64,000 nt of DNA from Candidatus Bathyarchaeota archaeon (GTDB lineage: Archaea; Thermoproteota; Bathyarchaeia; Hecatellales; Hecatellaceae), in the NCBI GenBank assembly GCA_052246995.1, contig JBQPWD010000002.1, forward strand, positions 128,001 to 192,000, given 5' to 3'. Position 1 is the first letter of the stretch. Each line of letters begins with the position of its first letter. Position numbers and translations under genes: made by a program. Below the pieces are notes generated by a model. The model ran no database searches, was not told the DNA's origin, and saw nothing but the letters and a program-made list of their open reading frames with translations. Below are positions 47,384 to 58,082 of this stretch, one piece after another.

Positions 47384-47992
47384 TTGAGTGAATTTCTACA
47401 AACTCTTGTAACACAACTTGGTCTTGCTGGAGTTTTTATTGTAAGCTTACTTGGAAGTGCTTCCATAATTTTTCCGATACCGTATCAGATTGTGATTCTT
47501 TTATTTAGCGTCATTAGCGAAATTAACCCGTTATTTATAGTGACATCTGCGGCTTTAGGTTCTACTGTAGGCGAGGTCGTGGGATATTTTCTAGGTTATA
47601 CTGTAAAAGGTATTGTTAAAGAGGAAACAAGACGTAAGTTTGATTATGCTTTTAAGGTTTTATCAAGGTACAGGAGAACCTGGTTTTTGATTGTTTTTAT
47701 CTTTGCGTTAACACCTCTACCAGATGACCTTCTCATAATTCCGCTTGGAATTTTAAGATTTAATTTTTTCACAGTGCTTATCCCATGTTTACTCGGAAAA
47801 CTTGTAATGTTCTCCATTTTGGTATATGGTGGAAGGCATGTGAGCTTAGTTATTATGGAAGGGTATGGAGAGGTCTCTTTACCTCTAGTAGTAGCTTCCT
47901 TTGTTATCTTGTTTGCTGTAATAGTGTGTTTGTGGAGGATTGATTGGGAAAGATTGTTAAAAAATTGGGAGGTTAAAGGTAAGAAAAGTTGA
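47384..47992 (+). CDS. DedA/VTT-domain membrane protein
   Basis: FPIPY, GSTVGE..GYFLG, TPLPDD, GKL; hydrophobic. Confidence 0.85.
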   Translation: MSEFLQTLVTQLGLAGVFIVSLLGSASIIFPIPYQIVILLFSVISEINPLFIVTSAALGSTVGEVVGYFLGYTVKGIVKEETRRKFDYAFKVLSRYRRTWFLIVFIFALTPLPDDLLIIPLGILRFNFFTVLIPCLLGKLVMFSILVYGGRHVSLVIMEGYGEVSLPLVVASFVILFAVIVCLWRIDWERLLKNWEVKGKKS

Positions 47993-48348
47993 ATCTTAAA
48001 AAAATAAAACTATGTGTCTTGAATGCTTTAAAGGAACTGGAAGATGCTTTAGATAGCTATGTTAAAAACAACATAAAGGCAGCAAGGTTTAAAGTATGGA
48101 AAGCTTCATCAGAATTAGAGTATGCACTCTTTATTTTCGAAATTTTATGGGAATTTAGCAATAACATGCAAGTTGTGCCGAGAAAGGCTGGTAAGAAAAG
48201 AGATATTACCGAATATATAGTTAAACCTCAAGAATTTTTGCAAAAAGCTTTAACCTTTTTAGAAAAGGAAGAAATAGATAAGGCGTATGAGAGTATTTTA
48301 ACATGTAGAGAAATTCTTATAGAATTTCAAGAAAAAGTTTTACGATAA
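47989..48348 (+). CDS. hypothetical helical protein
   Basis: 119-aa ORF whose start overlaps the upstream stop and which fills the gap to purA; no recognised motif. Confidence 0.65.
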   Translation: MNLKKIKLCVLNALKELEDALDSYVKNNIKAARFKVWKASSELEYALFIFEILWEFSNNMQVVPRKAGKKRDITEYIVKPQEFLQKALTFLEKEEIDKAYESILTCREILIEFQEKVLR

Positions 48349-48351
48349 AGT

Positions 48352-49389
48352 TTAAACCTTAGGTCTAACAGGACTTACCCTTCCAGCCCTTTCCATGTCT
48401 ATAATGTCGTAAACATCCGGTCCAGTACCTATAAAAACTACTGGAACACTAAGAGCTTCTTCAATACTCTTAATAAACTTTTTTGCTTCCTCAGAAAGGT
48501 CAGTATATTTCCTTGCACCTCTACACTCAGGATAGACTACGTCAAGTTTTGTTATTGCTATTTGAGTTGCACTATTAAGCATTATAGCTCTCTTAGCTAG
48601 TTCAATATTAAATGGGGCTACTCGTCTAACCCTGCCAGTCACGGTTGCAATTTCAACCCAACCTCTTCTTTCAGCCTCATCTCGTGATAATTCGTTTGGT
48701 AATGGTCCACCACCAACTCTAGTTATATATGCCTTAAACACTACAAGGACATTATCAACCCTTAGTGGACCTACTCCAACGTCACCGCAAATTGACGATG
48801 CAGTAACATCTTTAGAAGTACAATAGGGATAAGTTCCATGGTATAGAGAAAGAAATGTTCCTTGTGTACCTTCAATTAGAACATTTTTATCTTCATCTAA
48901 AGCCTTATTTACCTCAAATGCAACGTCAACAAGAAAATCCTTAAGCTCAGGAATGTCCTTGGCTGTTTTAGCTATTCTTTTAACTCTATCAACATTACAA
49001 GGACCTGTTCCAGTGCCAGTTGTACCAATTTTCTTGGAAAGGTAGGTGGAGGATTTATCAGCTTCTATATGCTTTTCTTCTATTATTGCACAATTAGGGT
49101 CCAAACCAGCTCTTTCTTTACAACCTGTTAACTCAACTTCTTCAAGAAAAATTTTTGGGTTTACTAGCACGCCTGCCCCAATTAAACATTTACATTTAGT
49201 GTTTACAAAGCTACTTGGTAGCATTCGAAGCTTATATTGTTTTTCATCAATCTGCACGGTATGTCCTGCGTTAGGCCCAACTCCACCTCTAACCCCAACA
49301 GCAACATCATCTCTTAAAGATAAATAAGAAATTATTTTTCCTTTACCTTCATCTCCCCAAAAACCTCCAACAACAACAGTACATGGCAA
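48352..49389 (-). CDS. purA: adenylosuccinate synthetase (short archaeal form)
   Basis: GGFWGDEGKGK, GPNAGHT, EGTQG, YPY.TS, TVTGR.RR, TKLD. Confidence 0.97.
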   Translation of the reverse strand: MPCTVVVGGFWGDEGKGKIISYLSLRDDVAVGVRGGVGPNAGHTVQIDEKQYKLRMLPSSFVNTKCKCLIGAGVLVNPKIFLEEVELTGCKERAGLDPNCAIIEEKHIEADKSSTYLSKKIGTTGTGTGPCNVDRVKRIAKTAKDIPELKDFLVDVAFEVNKALDEDKNVLIEGTQGTFLSLYHGTYPYCTSKDVTASSICGDVGVGPLRVDNVLVVFKAYITRVGGGPLPNELSRDEAERRGWVEIATVTGRVRRVAPFNIELAKRAIMLNSATQIAITKLDVVYPECRGARKYTDLSEEAKKFIKSIEEALSVPVVFIGTGPDVYDIIDMERAGRVSPVRPKV

Positions 49390-49512
49390 AGCTGAACATC
49401 ACCTAACCCATATAGCTCATTGTTAACATTGCTAGTTTTAAGGTTACAATTATTTAAACATTTAAAACCAGCTCGTAAAGTAGATATTTTAATAAACATT
49501 AGGCGTTTTCTT

Positions 49513-50214
49513 ATGAAAAAAACAAGGGTTTTAGTGCTATTTTCCGGTGGAAAAGATTCAACGTTAAGTGTTTGGAAAGCCATAAAAATGGGATATAACG
49601 TTGTTGGATTACTTACAGTTAAACCTTTAAATTCTGAATCATGGATGTTTCACTACCCCTGCATAGAGTTAACTTCTCTACAAGCTGAAGCTATTGGAAT
49701 TAAGCTTTATAAATTTCAAAGCTCAGGGATTAAAGAGGAAGAAGTAAAAGAACTTGAGGACTTCTTAAGAGAATTAAAGCTTAATGTTGGTTTTGAAGCA
49801 TTAGTTTCAGGGGTTGTTGAAAGTAGCTATCAAAAAACAAGGGTTGATGATGTTTGCAAAAGGTTAGGTTTAAAACACTTAACACCACTATGGCATAGAA
49901 ATCCTGAAGATATTTTGATGGAATTAATAAGTCAAGGATTTGATGTTGTATTTACAGCTGTAGCAGCACAGGGGTTTACAGAGAAATGGCTTAACAGAAA
50001 GCTAGATTTAGAGGCGTTTAAAGAGTTAAAACTTCTTAACAAAAAGTACGGTATACATATCTCACTTGAGGGTGGCGAGGGTGAAACATTTGTAAAGGAT
50101 GCCCCGTTCTTTAAGAAAAAAATAGAGCTTCTAGAGGTTGAAAAAATATGGAAACATGATTCAGGTTATATTTTAGCGAAAAAAGCGGTATTAATTAATA
50201 AAAAAGATGTTTAA
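49513..50214 (+). CDS. dph6: diphthine-ammonia ligase (PP-loop ATPase)
   Basis: FSGGKDS, SWMFH, S.YQK.R, PLW, EGGEGET. ATG 49513 preferred. Confidence 0.88.
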   Translation: MKKTRVLVLFSGGKDSTLSVWKAIKMGYNVVGLLTVKPLNSESWMFHYPCIELTSLQAEAIGIKLYKFQSSGIKEEEVKELEDFLRELKLNVGFEALVSGVVESSYQKTRVDDVCKRLGLKHLTPLWHRNPEDILMELISQGFDVVFTAVAAQGFTEKWLNRKLDLEAFKELKLLNKKYGIHISLEGGEGETFVKDAPFFKKKIELLEVEKIWKHDSGYILAKKAVLINKKDV

Positions 50215-50289
50215 ACTAGCAAAAATTATCCAACGTAACTCTTATCTTTTCTAAGTAGAAATATGGATATTCTAGGGAGGAGTTTAACG

Positions 50290-51072
50290 ATGAAAAATGT
50301 TAAGATAGGTGTAATTGGAGGAACTGGATTGTATGCTCTTTTAACTAATCCTGAAGAAATTAAAGTAGACACACCATACGGTCCTACATCAGACAGAATA
50401 GCTATTGGAGAAATCGGCAAGAAAAAAGTCGCATTTTTACCCAGACATGGAAGATATCATCAACATCCACCGCATAAAGTTCCCTATAAAGCAAATATTT
50501 GGGCTCTAAAGCATCTTGGAGTTGAAAGAATTATTGCACCTTGTGCTGTTGGAAGCTTACAACCTCATGTTAAAATTGGAGATTTCGTGATTTGTGACCA
50601 ATTTGTTAACAAGACGTTTGACAGAGATGATACGTTTTACAATGGTCCAGTAACAACACATATTGCAATGGCTGAACCATACTGTCCAGAGTTACGTGAA
50701 TTAACAATAAAGGTAGGTAGAGAGCTAAACCTGCCTATACATGAAAAAGGAACAGCAGTAGTAATTCAAGGACCAAGGTTTAGCACCAGGGCTGAAAGTG
50801 AGTGGTTTAAAAGTTTCGGTTGGGAGGTAATTAACATGACTATTTATCCTGAGGTTGTTCTTGCTAGGGAGCTTGAAATATGTTATGTAAACATAGCAAT
50901 GGTTACCGATTATGATGTTTGGCACCCTAAACCGTTAAGTGTAAAAGAGCTTATTGAAACTTTAAATAAAAACATTGAAAATGTTAAAAAACTTATTTAC
51001 AGCATGATTCCAAGAATACCAGACGAAAGGAAATGCGTATGTAAAGATGCACTTAAAAATGCAAAAATATAA
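50290..51072 (+). CDS. mtnP: 5'-methylthioadenosine phosphorylase
   Basis: IGGTG, TPYG, PRHG..H, GPRFSTRAES, NMT..PE, TDYD. Confidence 0.93.
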   Translation: MKNVKIGVIGGTGLYALLTNPEEIKVDTPYGPTSDRIAIGEIGKKKVAFLPRHGRYHQHPPHKVPYKANIWALKHLGVERIIAPCAVGSLQPHVKIGDFVICDQFVNKTFDRDDTFYNGPVTTHIAMAEPYCPELRELTIKVGRELNLPIHEKGTAVVIQGPRFSTRAESEWFKSFGWEVINMTIYPEVVLARELEICYVNIAMVTDYDVWHPKPLSVKELIETLNKNIENVKKLIYSMIPRIPDERKCVCKDALKNAKI

Positions 51073-51076
51073 AATT

Positions 51077-51673
51077 TCAATTTTTAAGGATAAGTTTACT
51101 TAAATATTTTAGTTTGAAGTACTTTTTAGGAATTCCTGTTCTCCCCAACTCTTTTACCTTTTCTTCGTACGCTAAGCCTTTTTTTCCCATTATCACCCTT
51201 ATTGTTTCATAAATTTCCCATGGATAAATTATCCAGTTGCTAGTTTCCTTAATATAGTAGTCAGGTTTAATGATAGACCAAGGCTTATAATGTAAAGTTG
51301 CAGTTTTTACATTACTTATGTCCATACTTGTAAAAAGGTTTACAGCGGCTTGAAGACTATACCCCTTATCAGCAACATCATCAACAACAAGGATGGACTT
51401 ATTTTTTATAAATTGCTCAGGAGGCTTTTGTAGTATTGCCGGTTTTTCACGAGTTTCAGCTATTCCGGTATAGTATTTTATAGAAACTGTAAAAATGTCT
51501 GACACATCAAGTACATCTGCTAAAATTCGTACAACCCATAAACCTCCTCTACTAATACCTATAAGACAATCAGGATTAAATCCGCTTTCCAAGATTTTTA
51601 TACCTAACTTTTGAGACATATAAAAAATCTTTGCTGGAGAGTAGTATTCATATGAAATTGGTTTCTTCTCCAT
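51077..51673 (-). CDS. type I purine phosphoribosyltransferase (HGPRT/XGPRT-like)
   Basis: ISRGG, VVDDVADKG.SL, WIIYPWE. Confidence 0.85.
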   Translation of the reverse strand: MEKKPISYEYYSPAKIFYMSQKLGIKILESGFNPDCLIGISRGGLWVVRILADVLDVSDIFTVSIKYYTGIAETREKPAILQKPPEQFIKNKSILVVDDVADKGYSLQAAVNLFTSMDISNVKTATLHYKPWSIIKPDYYIKETSNWIIYPWEIYETIRVIMGKKGLAYEEKVKELGRTGIPKKYFKLKYLSKLILKN

Positions 51674-51688
51674 TTTACCACCAACTCG

Positions 51689-53440
51689 CTAAGCGAAAGT
51701 TTTATCTTTACTAGGGAAAATCGAAATAAACTTGTGTTTATTTACGTCAACAAGTCCTTTATCCGTTAACCTTATTTCAGGTATAACTGGAAGGGAAATA
51801 AATGATAGAGTCATAAATGGGTTTGGAAGCGTACAACCGATATTTTTAGATGCTAATATAAGCTTATCTAGCTTTTCTTTAACAGTTTCCAATGGTTTAT
51901 CAGACATGAGACCTGCAATAGGTAAAGGTAGAGAAGCTAAAGGTGTTCTACTTCTAACAACAACCATTCCCCCACCCATCTTAACCAACTCTCTAACCAC
52001 TACCTTTAAATCTTCATCATCAACACCAACAGCAACAATGTTATGAGAATCATGCGCAACCGAAGAACCTAATGCACCACTTTTTAAGCCAAAACCTTTA
52101 ACAAATCCAACACCAACATTTCCAGAGCTTTTATATCGTTCAACAACAATTACTTTTAAAATATCTCTCCCAACGTCAGAAACAACTTTGCCGTTTTCTA
52201 TTTTACCATCAAAAATAAGCTTCCTAGTTAAAATTTGGTCTGGATAAACTTCTATAACATTTACAAGCTTATCCTCAGCTGGCACCTTGATTTTTTCTAA
52301 ACATTTTAACATAACATTCATAGGGCTTTTAACAGGCTTTATAGATGGTTTAGTTTCAACAATAATTTTACCCTCTACAGCAACAACTTCACCGCCAATA
52401 AAAACCATTTTAACGTTAAAGTTGCTTTTGATACTATCCAAAAGAATAAAATCGGCATAATACCCTGGAGCTAGCGCTCCGATTCTTTTTAAGCCAAAAT
52501 ATTCAGCAGCATTAATTGTGGCCATTTGAATAGCAATTAAAGGGTCTACTCCAAAACCTATAGCTTTTTTAACCATAAAATCTACATGACCCTCAAGTAA
52601 AAGGTCTGAAGGATGTCTATCATCCGAAGCAAAAAGAAACCTCTTATAGTTTTTCTCATTTACTAGGGGTAGAAGATCTTTGAGGTTTTTTTCAGTTGAA
52701 CCTTCTCTTAGCATTACTCTCATACCAGCTTTAACCTTCTCTTTTGCTTCCTCTAATTTTACACATTCATGGTCTGAGCTTATTCCGGCTGAAACATAAG
52801 CATAAAGTTGCTTGCCCATGAGACCTGGAGCATGACCATCAATAACTTTACCTTTAAAGGTCTCTAACTTATCCATAACATGAGGTTGAGTTAAAACTAC
52901 TCCAGGGTAATTCATCATTTCAGCCAGCCCTATTACCTCCTCCTCATCAATTAAGGTTAAAAGATCCTTAGCCTCTAACAACGCACCAGAAGTTTCCATG
53001 TCTGTTGCAGGAACGCAGGATGGAAGCATAACATAAAACCTTAGGAGACTTTCCCTACCATTCTCGATCATAAACTTGATACCATCTAAACCTAAAACGT
53101 TAGCTATTTCATGGGGATCTGCAACCACAGCCGTTGTTCCTCTTGGTACAACAGCTTTAGCATATTCTGAAACTGTTACCATTGAGCTTTCAATATGTAC
53201 ATGACTGTCAATAAAACCTGGACAAACATACAAGTTTTTAGCATTCAAAACTTTTTTTGCATTATATTCTCCAAACCCGATAATGTATCCTTTGTAGATA
53301 GCTAAACATTCTTCGTAGATTTCACCTGTAAACACGTTAATTATGGAGGCATTTTTAATTAAAAGGTCTACATCCATATCGCCTCTAGCAGCAACTATGA
53401 TCTCTTCTAAGCTAGCTTCAGGTTTCTTCAACGCCACCAC
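51689..53440 (-). CDS. ade: adenine deaminase
   Basis: DSHVHIESS, DPHEIAN, DGHAP, SDHE, REGS, SDD, AHDSHN, LPVIP. Confidence 0.96.
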   Translation of the reverse strand: MVALKKPEASLEEIIVAARGDMDVDLLIKNASIINVFTGEIYEECLAIYKGYIIGFGEYNAKKVLNAKNLYVCPGFIDSHVHIESSMVTVSEYAKAVVPRGTTAVVADPHEIANVLGLDGIKFMIENGRESLLRFYVMLPSCVPATDMETSGALLEAKDLLTLIDEEEVIGLAEMMNYPGVVLTQPHVMDKLETFKGKVIDGHAPGLMGKQLYAYVSAGISSDHECVKLEEAKEKVKAGMRVMLREGSTEKNLKDLLPLVNEKNYKRFLFASDDRHPSDLLLEGHVDFMVKKAIGFGVDPLIAIQMATINAAEYFGLKRIGALAPGYYADFILLDSIKSNFNVKMVFIGGEVVAVEGKIIVETKPSIKPVKSPMNVMLKCLEKIKVPAEDKLVNVIEVYPDQILTRKLIFDGKIENGKVVSDVGRDILKVIVVERYKSSGNVGVGFVKGFGLKSGALGSSVAHDSHNIVAVGVDDEDLKVVVRELVKMGGGMVVVRSRTPLASLPLPIAGLMSDKPLETVKEKLDKLILASKNIGCTLPNPFMTLSFISLPVIPEIRLTDKGLVDVNKHKFISIFPSKDKTFA

Positions 53441-53539
53441 ATTTAGGCTGGTATCCTTTTATCAACTAATAAGTTTTTAGGTTTAAAAGAAAGTTAATTA
53501 AAGTTTAAGATGTAAGCTATTTAGTGTAAGGGTTAGGAG

Positions 53540-55153
53540 TTGGTAAAGTACATATTTGTTAGTGGAGGCGTACTTTCAAGCGTAGGAAAAGGAGTGGTAG
53601 CTTCATCCATAGGTAAAATGTTCCAAGTTAGAGGTTTTCATGTAACAGCTATAAAAATAGATCCTTATGTAAATGTTGATGCAGGCACAATGAACCCACT
53701 AATGCATGGAGAAATTTTTGTAACCGATGACGGTGGAGAAACAGATTTGGATTTAGGTTGGTATGAAAGATTTCTCGATGTTCAAATGAGAAAAGATAAC
53801 AACATAACAACAGGACAAATATATGGTAGCGTAATCGAGAAAGAAAGAAAGGGAGAATATCTTGGAAAATGTGTTCAAATAATTCCACATATAACCGATG
53901 AGATAAAATCTAGAATACGCTCAGTTGCCAAAAATAGTGAAGTTGACGTTGTTTTAACAGAAATTGGCGGAACAGCAGGAGACATTGAAGGTTTACCTTT
54001 TCTCGAGGCTGCAAGACAAATGAGACTTGAAGAGGGATCTTTAAACACGCTTTTTGTTCATGTTGCTCTTATTCCAATTCTTGAAACAACAAAAGAACAA
54101 AAAACCAAACCTCTTCAACATAGTGTAAATGAGCTTAGAAGAATAGGAATTCAGCCAGATATAGTTGTTGCAAGATGTGCAACAATGATTGAACCTGATG
54201 TTAAAAAGAAAATAGCGTTGTTTGCAAATGTTGAAGAAAAGTGTGTTTTTTGCTCTCCAACAATAGATTGTATTTATGAACTACCCCTAGTCCTTGATAA
54301 GCAGGGAATGGGCGATTACATCTGTGAAAGATTAGGATTTCAAAAAAGAAAACCTGACTGGGATGGCTGGATAAAAATTCTTGAAGGATTTTTAAATCCA
54401 ACACAGAGTGTAAAAATCGCAATGTGTGGAAAGTACACAAAACTTGCAGATTCCTATATAAGCATAAACGAGGCTTTAAAACATGCAGGAGCCTCTCTCA
54501 AAACATCTGTGAGAATAGATTGGATTGAAACTGAAGTTTTTGAGAAGGATAAATCTAAACTTGAAATTTTAGATGCATACGACGGTGTACTTGTTCCACC
54601 GGGTTTTGGTCCAAGAGGAACGGAGGGAAAGATTCTAGCTATAGAGTATGCAAGAGAACATAATATACCATTTTTAGGAGTATGCTTTGGATTTCAAATG
54701 GCTGTTGTTGAATTTGCAAGAAATGTATGCAATTTAAAAAATGCAAACAGTGTTGAAAATAACCCTGAAACACCACATCCGATCTTAGACTATCTACCTG
54801 AACAAAAAAATGTTAAAACGCTTGGCGGAACAATGCGGCTTGGTGTTCATGCAATAAGGCTTAAACCTGGAAGTTTGGTTTATAGCCTCTACAACTCTAA
54901 CGACATTATCTATGAAAGACATAGACATAGATTTGAGGTAAACCCAAAGTATTGGGAGATGTTAGAAAAAAATGGTCTTGTTTTTTCCGGTAAAAGTTTA
55001 GATAATAAAAGAATTGAAGCATTTGAACTTCCATCAAACCTTTTTCATATTGGAACACAGTTTCATCCTGAATTTAAAAGCAGACCTGGCAAACCTAGCC
55101 CTATTTACTATGGATTTATAGCTGCATGTTTAAAGAAGAGTGAACTAAATTAA
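53540..55153 (+). CDS. pyrG: CTP synthase
   Basis: GGVLSSVGKG, KIDPY, KTKPLQ, GVCFG, RHRHR, QFHPE. Confidence 0.98.
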   Translation: MVKYIFVSGGVLSSVGKGVVASSIGKMFQVRGFHVTAIKIDPYVNVDAGTMNPLMHGEIFVTDDGGETDLDLGWYERFLDVQMRKDNNITTGQIYGSVIEKERKGEYLGKCVQIIPHITDEIKSRIRSVAKNSEVDVVLTEIGGTAGDIEGLPFLEAARQMRLEEGSLNTLFVHVALIPILETTKEQKTKPLQHSVNELRRIGIQPDIVVARCATMIEPDVKKKIALFANVEEKCVFCSPTIDCIYELPLVLDKQGMGDYICERLGFQKRKPDWDGWIKILEGFLNPTQSVKIAMCGKYTKLADSYISINEALKHAGASLKTSVRIDWIETEVFEKDKSKLEILDAYDGVLVPPGFGPRGTEGKILAIEYAREHNIPFLGVCFGFQMAVVEFARNVCNLKNANSVENNPETPHPILDYLPEQKNVKTLGGTMRLGVHAIRLKPGSLVYSLYNSNDIIYERHRHRFEVNPKYWEMLEKNGLVFSGKSLDNKRIEAFELPSNLFHIGTQFHPEFKSRPGKPSPIYYGFIAACLKKSELN

Positions 55154-55196
55154 GTATTAGATATACAATAATTGTTCACTTTTTGTAGATTTTATT

Positions 55197-56123
55197 ATGT
55201 CTTTCAAATCTTTTATGGAGAAATTTAAGGAAATTGCTGTAGAAGATTTTAAGGTACTACTAGCTATTGAAGCAGGCATGAAACAATACGAATATGTTCC
55301 TTTTGAAAAAGTTGTTAACTACTCTAAATTTTCAGTTGATAAAGTTGAATATGCACTTAACCATCTAAACCGTTTAAGGCTTGTTAGAAGCATTACCTCG
55401 CCCTATAAAGGCTATTGCTTAAACTATTTTGGCTATGATTTTCTGGCACTCAAGTTTTTTGTTAATTCTGGATTTTTAAAGGCGATAGGAAAACCCTTAG
55501 GTGTTGGAAAGGAAGCTGATGTGTATGAAGCATTAACACCGGAAGATGAAATAGTAGCATTAAAATTTCATAGGCTTGGAAGAATAAGCTTTAGACAAAC
55601 AGCCAAAGTTAGAAGTTACGGTAAAGCCAAAACTTTTTGGCTTTTTCGGTCTAAAATTGCTGCTGAAAAAGAGTATAAAGCACTAAAAAAGCTTTATAGT
55701 TGTGGTGTTGCCGTTCCCAAACCCATTTCTCAAAATAGGCATGCTATTTTAATGGGGAAGATTGATGGTCTTATGCTTAGACAGTTTAAACACCTGAATA
55801 GGCTTGAAGATGTTTTTTTAAAGATATTAGAAAATGTTAAATTAGCCTATCATAGAGCAGGAGTAATACATGCAGACCTAAGCGAATATAACATCCTGCT
55901 GGATGAAGAAGAGAAAAACATTCAAATAATAGATTGGCCTCAGCATGTAACTACTAACCATCCTAACGCACAACAAATTCTTGAAAAAGACCTCAAAAAC
56001 ATCTTAAGATTTTTTAGACGAAAGTTTGACTTACAAATTCCGTTTAAAGATGTTTTAAATTTTGTAATATCTGACAAATCTGTTAAAAAAGTTCAAATTT
56101 TCCCTCAACAATCTGACTTGTAA
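55197..56123 (+). CDS. rio2: RIO2 Ser/Thr kinase
   Basis: N-terminal wHTH, GVGKEADVY, KFHRLGR.SF, HADLSEYNI, IDWPQ. Confidence 0.94.
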   Translation: MSFKSFMEKFKEIAVEDFKVLLAIEAGMKQYEYVPFEKVVNYSKFSVDKVEYALNHLNRLRLVRSITSPYKGYCLNYFGYDFLALKFFVNSGFLKAIGKPLGVGKEADVYEALTPEDEIVALKFHRLGRISFRQTAKVRSYGKAKTFWLFRSKIAAEKEYKALKKLYSCGVAVPKPISQNRHAILMGKIDGLMLRQFKHLNRLEDVFLKILENVKLAYHRAGVIHADLSEYNILLDEEEKNIQIIDWPQHVTTNHPNAQQILEKDLKNILRFFRRKFDLQIPFKDVLNFVISDKSVKKVQIFPQQSDL

Positions 56124-57303
56124 GCTTTGGAACATTTGCTGTTTCTTCGTAAACAATAGATTTAATATCCGCAGCAATATTTCTAAGAGAATAACCTTTC
56201 TCTAAGTTCACGTGGATACTTACGGCCTGTGGCTCGGTTATAGGTTTACCAATACTACTGAGTATTTTAACGTAGACTTCCCTAATACCCTTAACTTCGT
56301 TAAACACCTTTTCAGCAACAATTTTAGCTAAAAGATTGTATATCTTTCCCGTATGACTTACTGGGTTTTTTCCAGCTGCAGCTTCAAGACTCATTTGTCT
56401 ACATGGTGTTATTAACCCACTAACTCTGTTACCTCTACCAGTGTTACCATCATCACCATGCTCAGCCGATGTCCCAGTAACCGTTAAATAAAAAATTCCT
56501 TTTCTTACATTATCTCCAACATTTACTCTAATATCTTCAACTTCTAGCTCCTTACCTACAAGCCTAGTTGCAAAATCTTTAACTTTGTCGGCAACCTCTT
56601 CCTTTACATTAAGATAATGGGTTTTATCAGGAATCAAGCTACTTATCATTGCAGCTGAAATTGTTAACCTAATTTTGTTTTTTTTCCTTAAACCCATAAC
56701 CTTGATGTCCTCTCCTACCTCAGGGAGTTCCTTTTTAAATTTTTCTGAATTTAGATATTTCTCAGTTTCAAGCACAACTTTTTCTGTTGGTGTTAGGGGT
56801 GCAAAGGAAACTCCAAAGGAAGTATCATTGGATAATGGAACCCCGCGCTTACTCTCAAAAATCTTTACAAGATCTACTGAACCTTGCTTAATTTTACAAT
56901 CTATTTTTACATGTTTTTCAGGGTCTAAGAACCTAAAGTTGTTCAGTAGGTAATTCTTAATAGCGTTAGTACAAATTTCTTTAACCTGGATTTCAACCAG
57001 CTTTTTATTACTTTTTACCGTAGTCACGGCTCTTCCAGCCACAATCACCTCTATAGGTTCTTCAACATAACCGCCACCAAACCTTGGGTTGGATTTACCG
57101 CCAACAACTAAACTTTTATCAACGTTATGATGTAAGATTGTATTAAAATTTTCTAGGTAATATTTACATAAAGCTTTACAACAACACTCAGAAGACATGT
57201 CTGAAATGTAGTCTGGATGACCTTTACCTTTTCTTTCGACAATTTCAATGCTTTGCTCGGATACCGGTTTACCAACTATCTTTTCTATGAATATCTGCCT
57301 CAC
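56083..57303 (-). CDS. mat: archaeal methionine adenosyltransferase
   Basis: [44 protein letters not shown]. Confidence 0.96.
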   Translation of the reverse strand: MRQIFIEKIVGKPVSEQSIEIVERKGKGHPDYISDMSSECCCKALCKYYLENFNTILHHNVDKSLVVGGKSNPRFGGGYVEEPIEVIVAGRAVTTVKSNKKLVEIQVKEICTNAIKNYLLNNFRFLDPEKHVKIDCKIKQGSVDLVKIFESKRGVPLSNDTSFGVSFAPLTPTEKVVLETEKYLNSEKFKKELPEVGEDIKVMGLRKKNKIRLTISAAMISSLIPDKTHYLNVKEEVADKVKDFATRLVGKELEVEDIRVNVGDNVRKGIFYLTVTGTSAEHGDDGNTGRGNRVSGLITPCRQMSLEAAAGKNPVSHTGKIYNLLAKIVAEKVFNEVKGIREVYVKILSSIGKPITEPQAVSIHVNLEKGYSLRNIAADIKSIVYEETANVPKLTSQIVEGKFELF

Positions 57304-57333
57304 TTTTCTTCAGCCACTTAAGTTCACTTTTAA

Positions 57334-57567
57334 TTACTCAAACGAAATGAGTATTATGTTATTTCCACGAATGAAAACATTTCCATACTCTTTTATTGGA
57401 ACATTGTCGTTGTACTCTGTTGCATCATCAAGAATAAGGTTCATATAGGTGTCACACTGGACGAGTCTCCCACGATACTCCAAATCATTTTTAAGTTTTA
57501 CTCTAACATTACTTTTAACATTTTTCATTAGAAAAACTATAGGTTTTTTTACTGCTTCATTTGTCAT
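57334..57567 (-). CDS. lsm: Sm-like archaeal protein (SmAP2-type context next to mat)
   Basis: VKLKN..EYRGRL...D.YMNLIL and FIRGNNI. Confidence 0.93.
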   Translation of the reverse strand: MTNEAVKKPIVFLMKNVKSNVRVKLKNDLEYRGRLVQCDTYMNLILDDATEYNDNVPIKEYGNVFIRGNNIILISFE

Positions 57568-57810
57568 AAATACGTCTCCTCGACAACCATTGCAGTAGTA
57601 ATCCGCCTATAATTTTTCTTCTTGAGTGTAAGTAAATAAATCTAACTGTTTCAACTTTTTGGAGCACTAAACAATGTCTGTCAACAAAAAATTAGTTTAA
57701 AAACAAATTTTTTAGCTAGATTTTTATACTGAGCAATATATTTTCATCAACTTATATAAACATGTTTATGTAAAAAGTCTATCATTACACTAAAAAATTA
57801 GTCAAAAATT

Positions 57811-57866
57811 TTTATATAGACATAAGTCAATCTTTTCCTTAAAAACAAGGAAATTTTTTAAGGAAA
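57811..57866 (+). promoter_or_regulatory. pur operon TATA box and 12-bp inverted repeat over the predicted start site
   Basis: TTTATATA 57811-57818; TTTCCTTAAAAA (57834-57845)-9 nt-TTTTTAAGGAAA (57855-57866). Confidence 0.45.
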
Positions 57867-58082
57867 CGGTTGAAGAAGTTAACTAGCGGTAGATGTAAAA
57901 TGAAAAATCTTGTTGTAGAGGTTACAACCGAGAACAAACTCCTCCACACGAGACTTGGAAGAGAAAAACAATAAAGGTAAAATGACTTGAGTGTTAAAGG
58001 AGATATGAATACGTTAAATCTGTTAGGAGCTTTAAAAAGTAGTTGGGAAAAGAATGCACAAAGTTATGGAGGTTAACTAGGA

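Noticed and set aside
56083-56123. 41-nt convergent overlap of rio2 and mat as antisense regulation
   Set aside because: Short tail-to-tail overlaps are common in compact archaeal genomes (also thrC-like/aroC here), and there is no further evidence.
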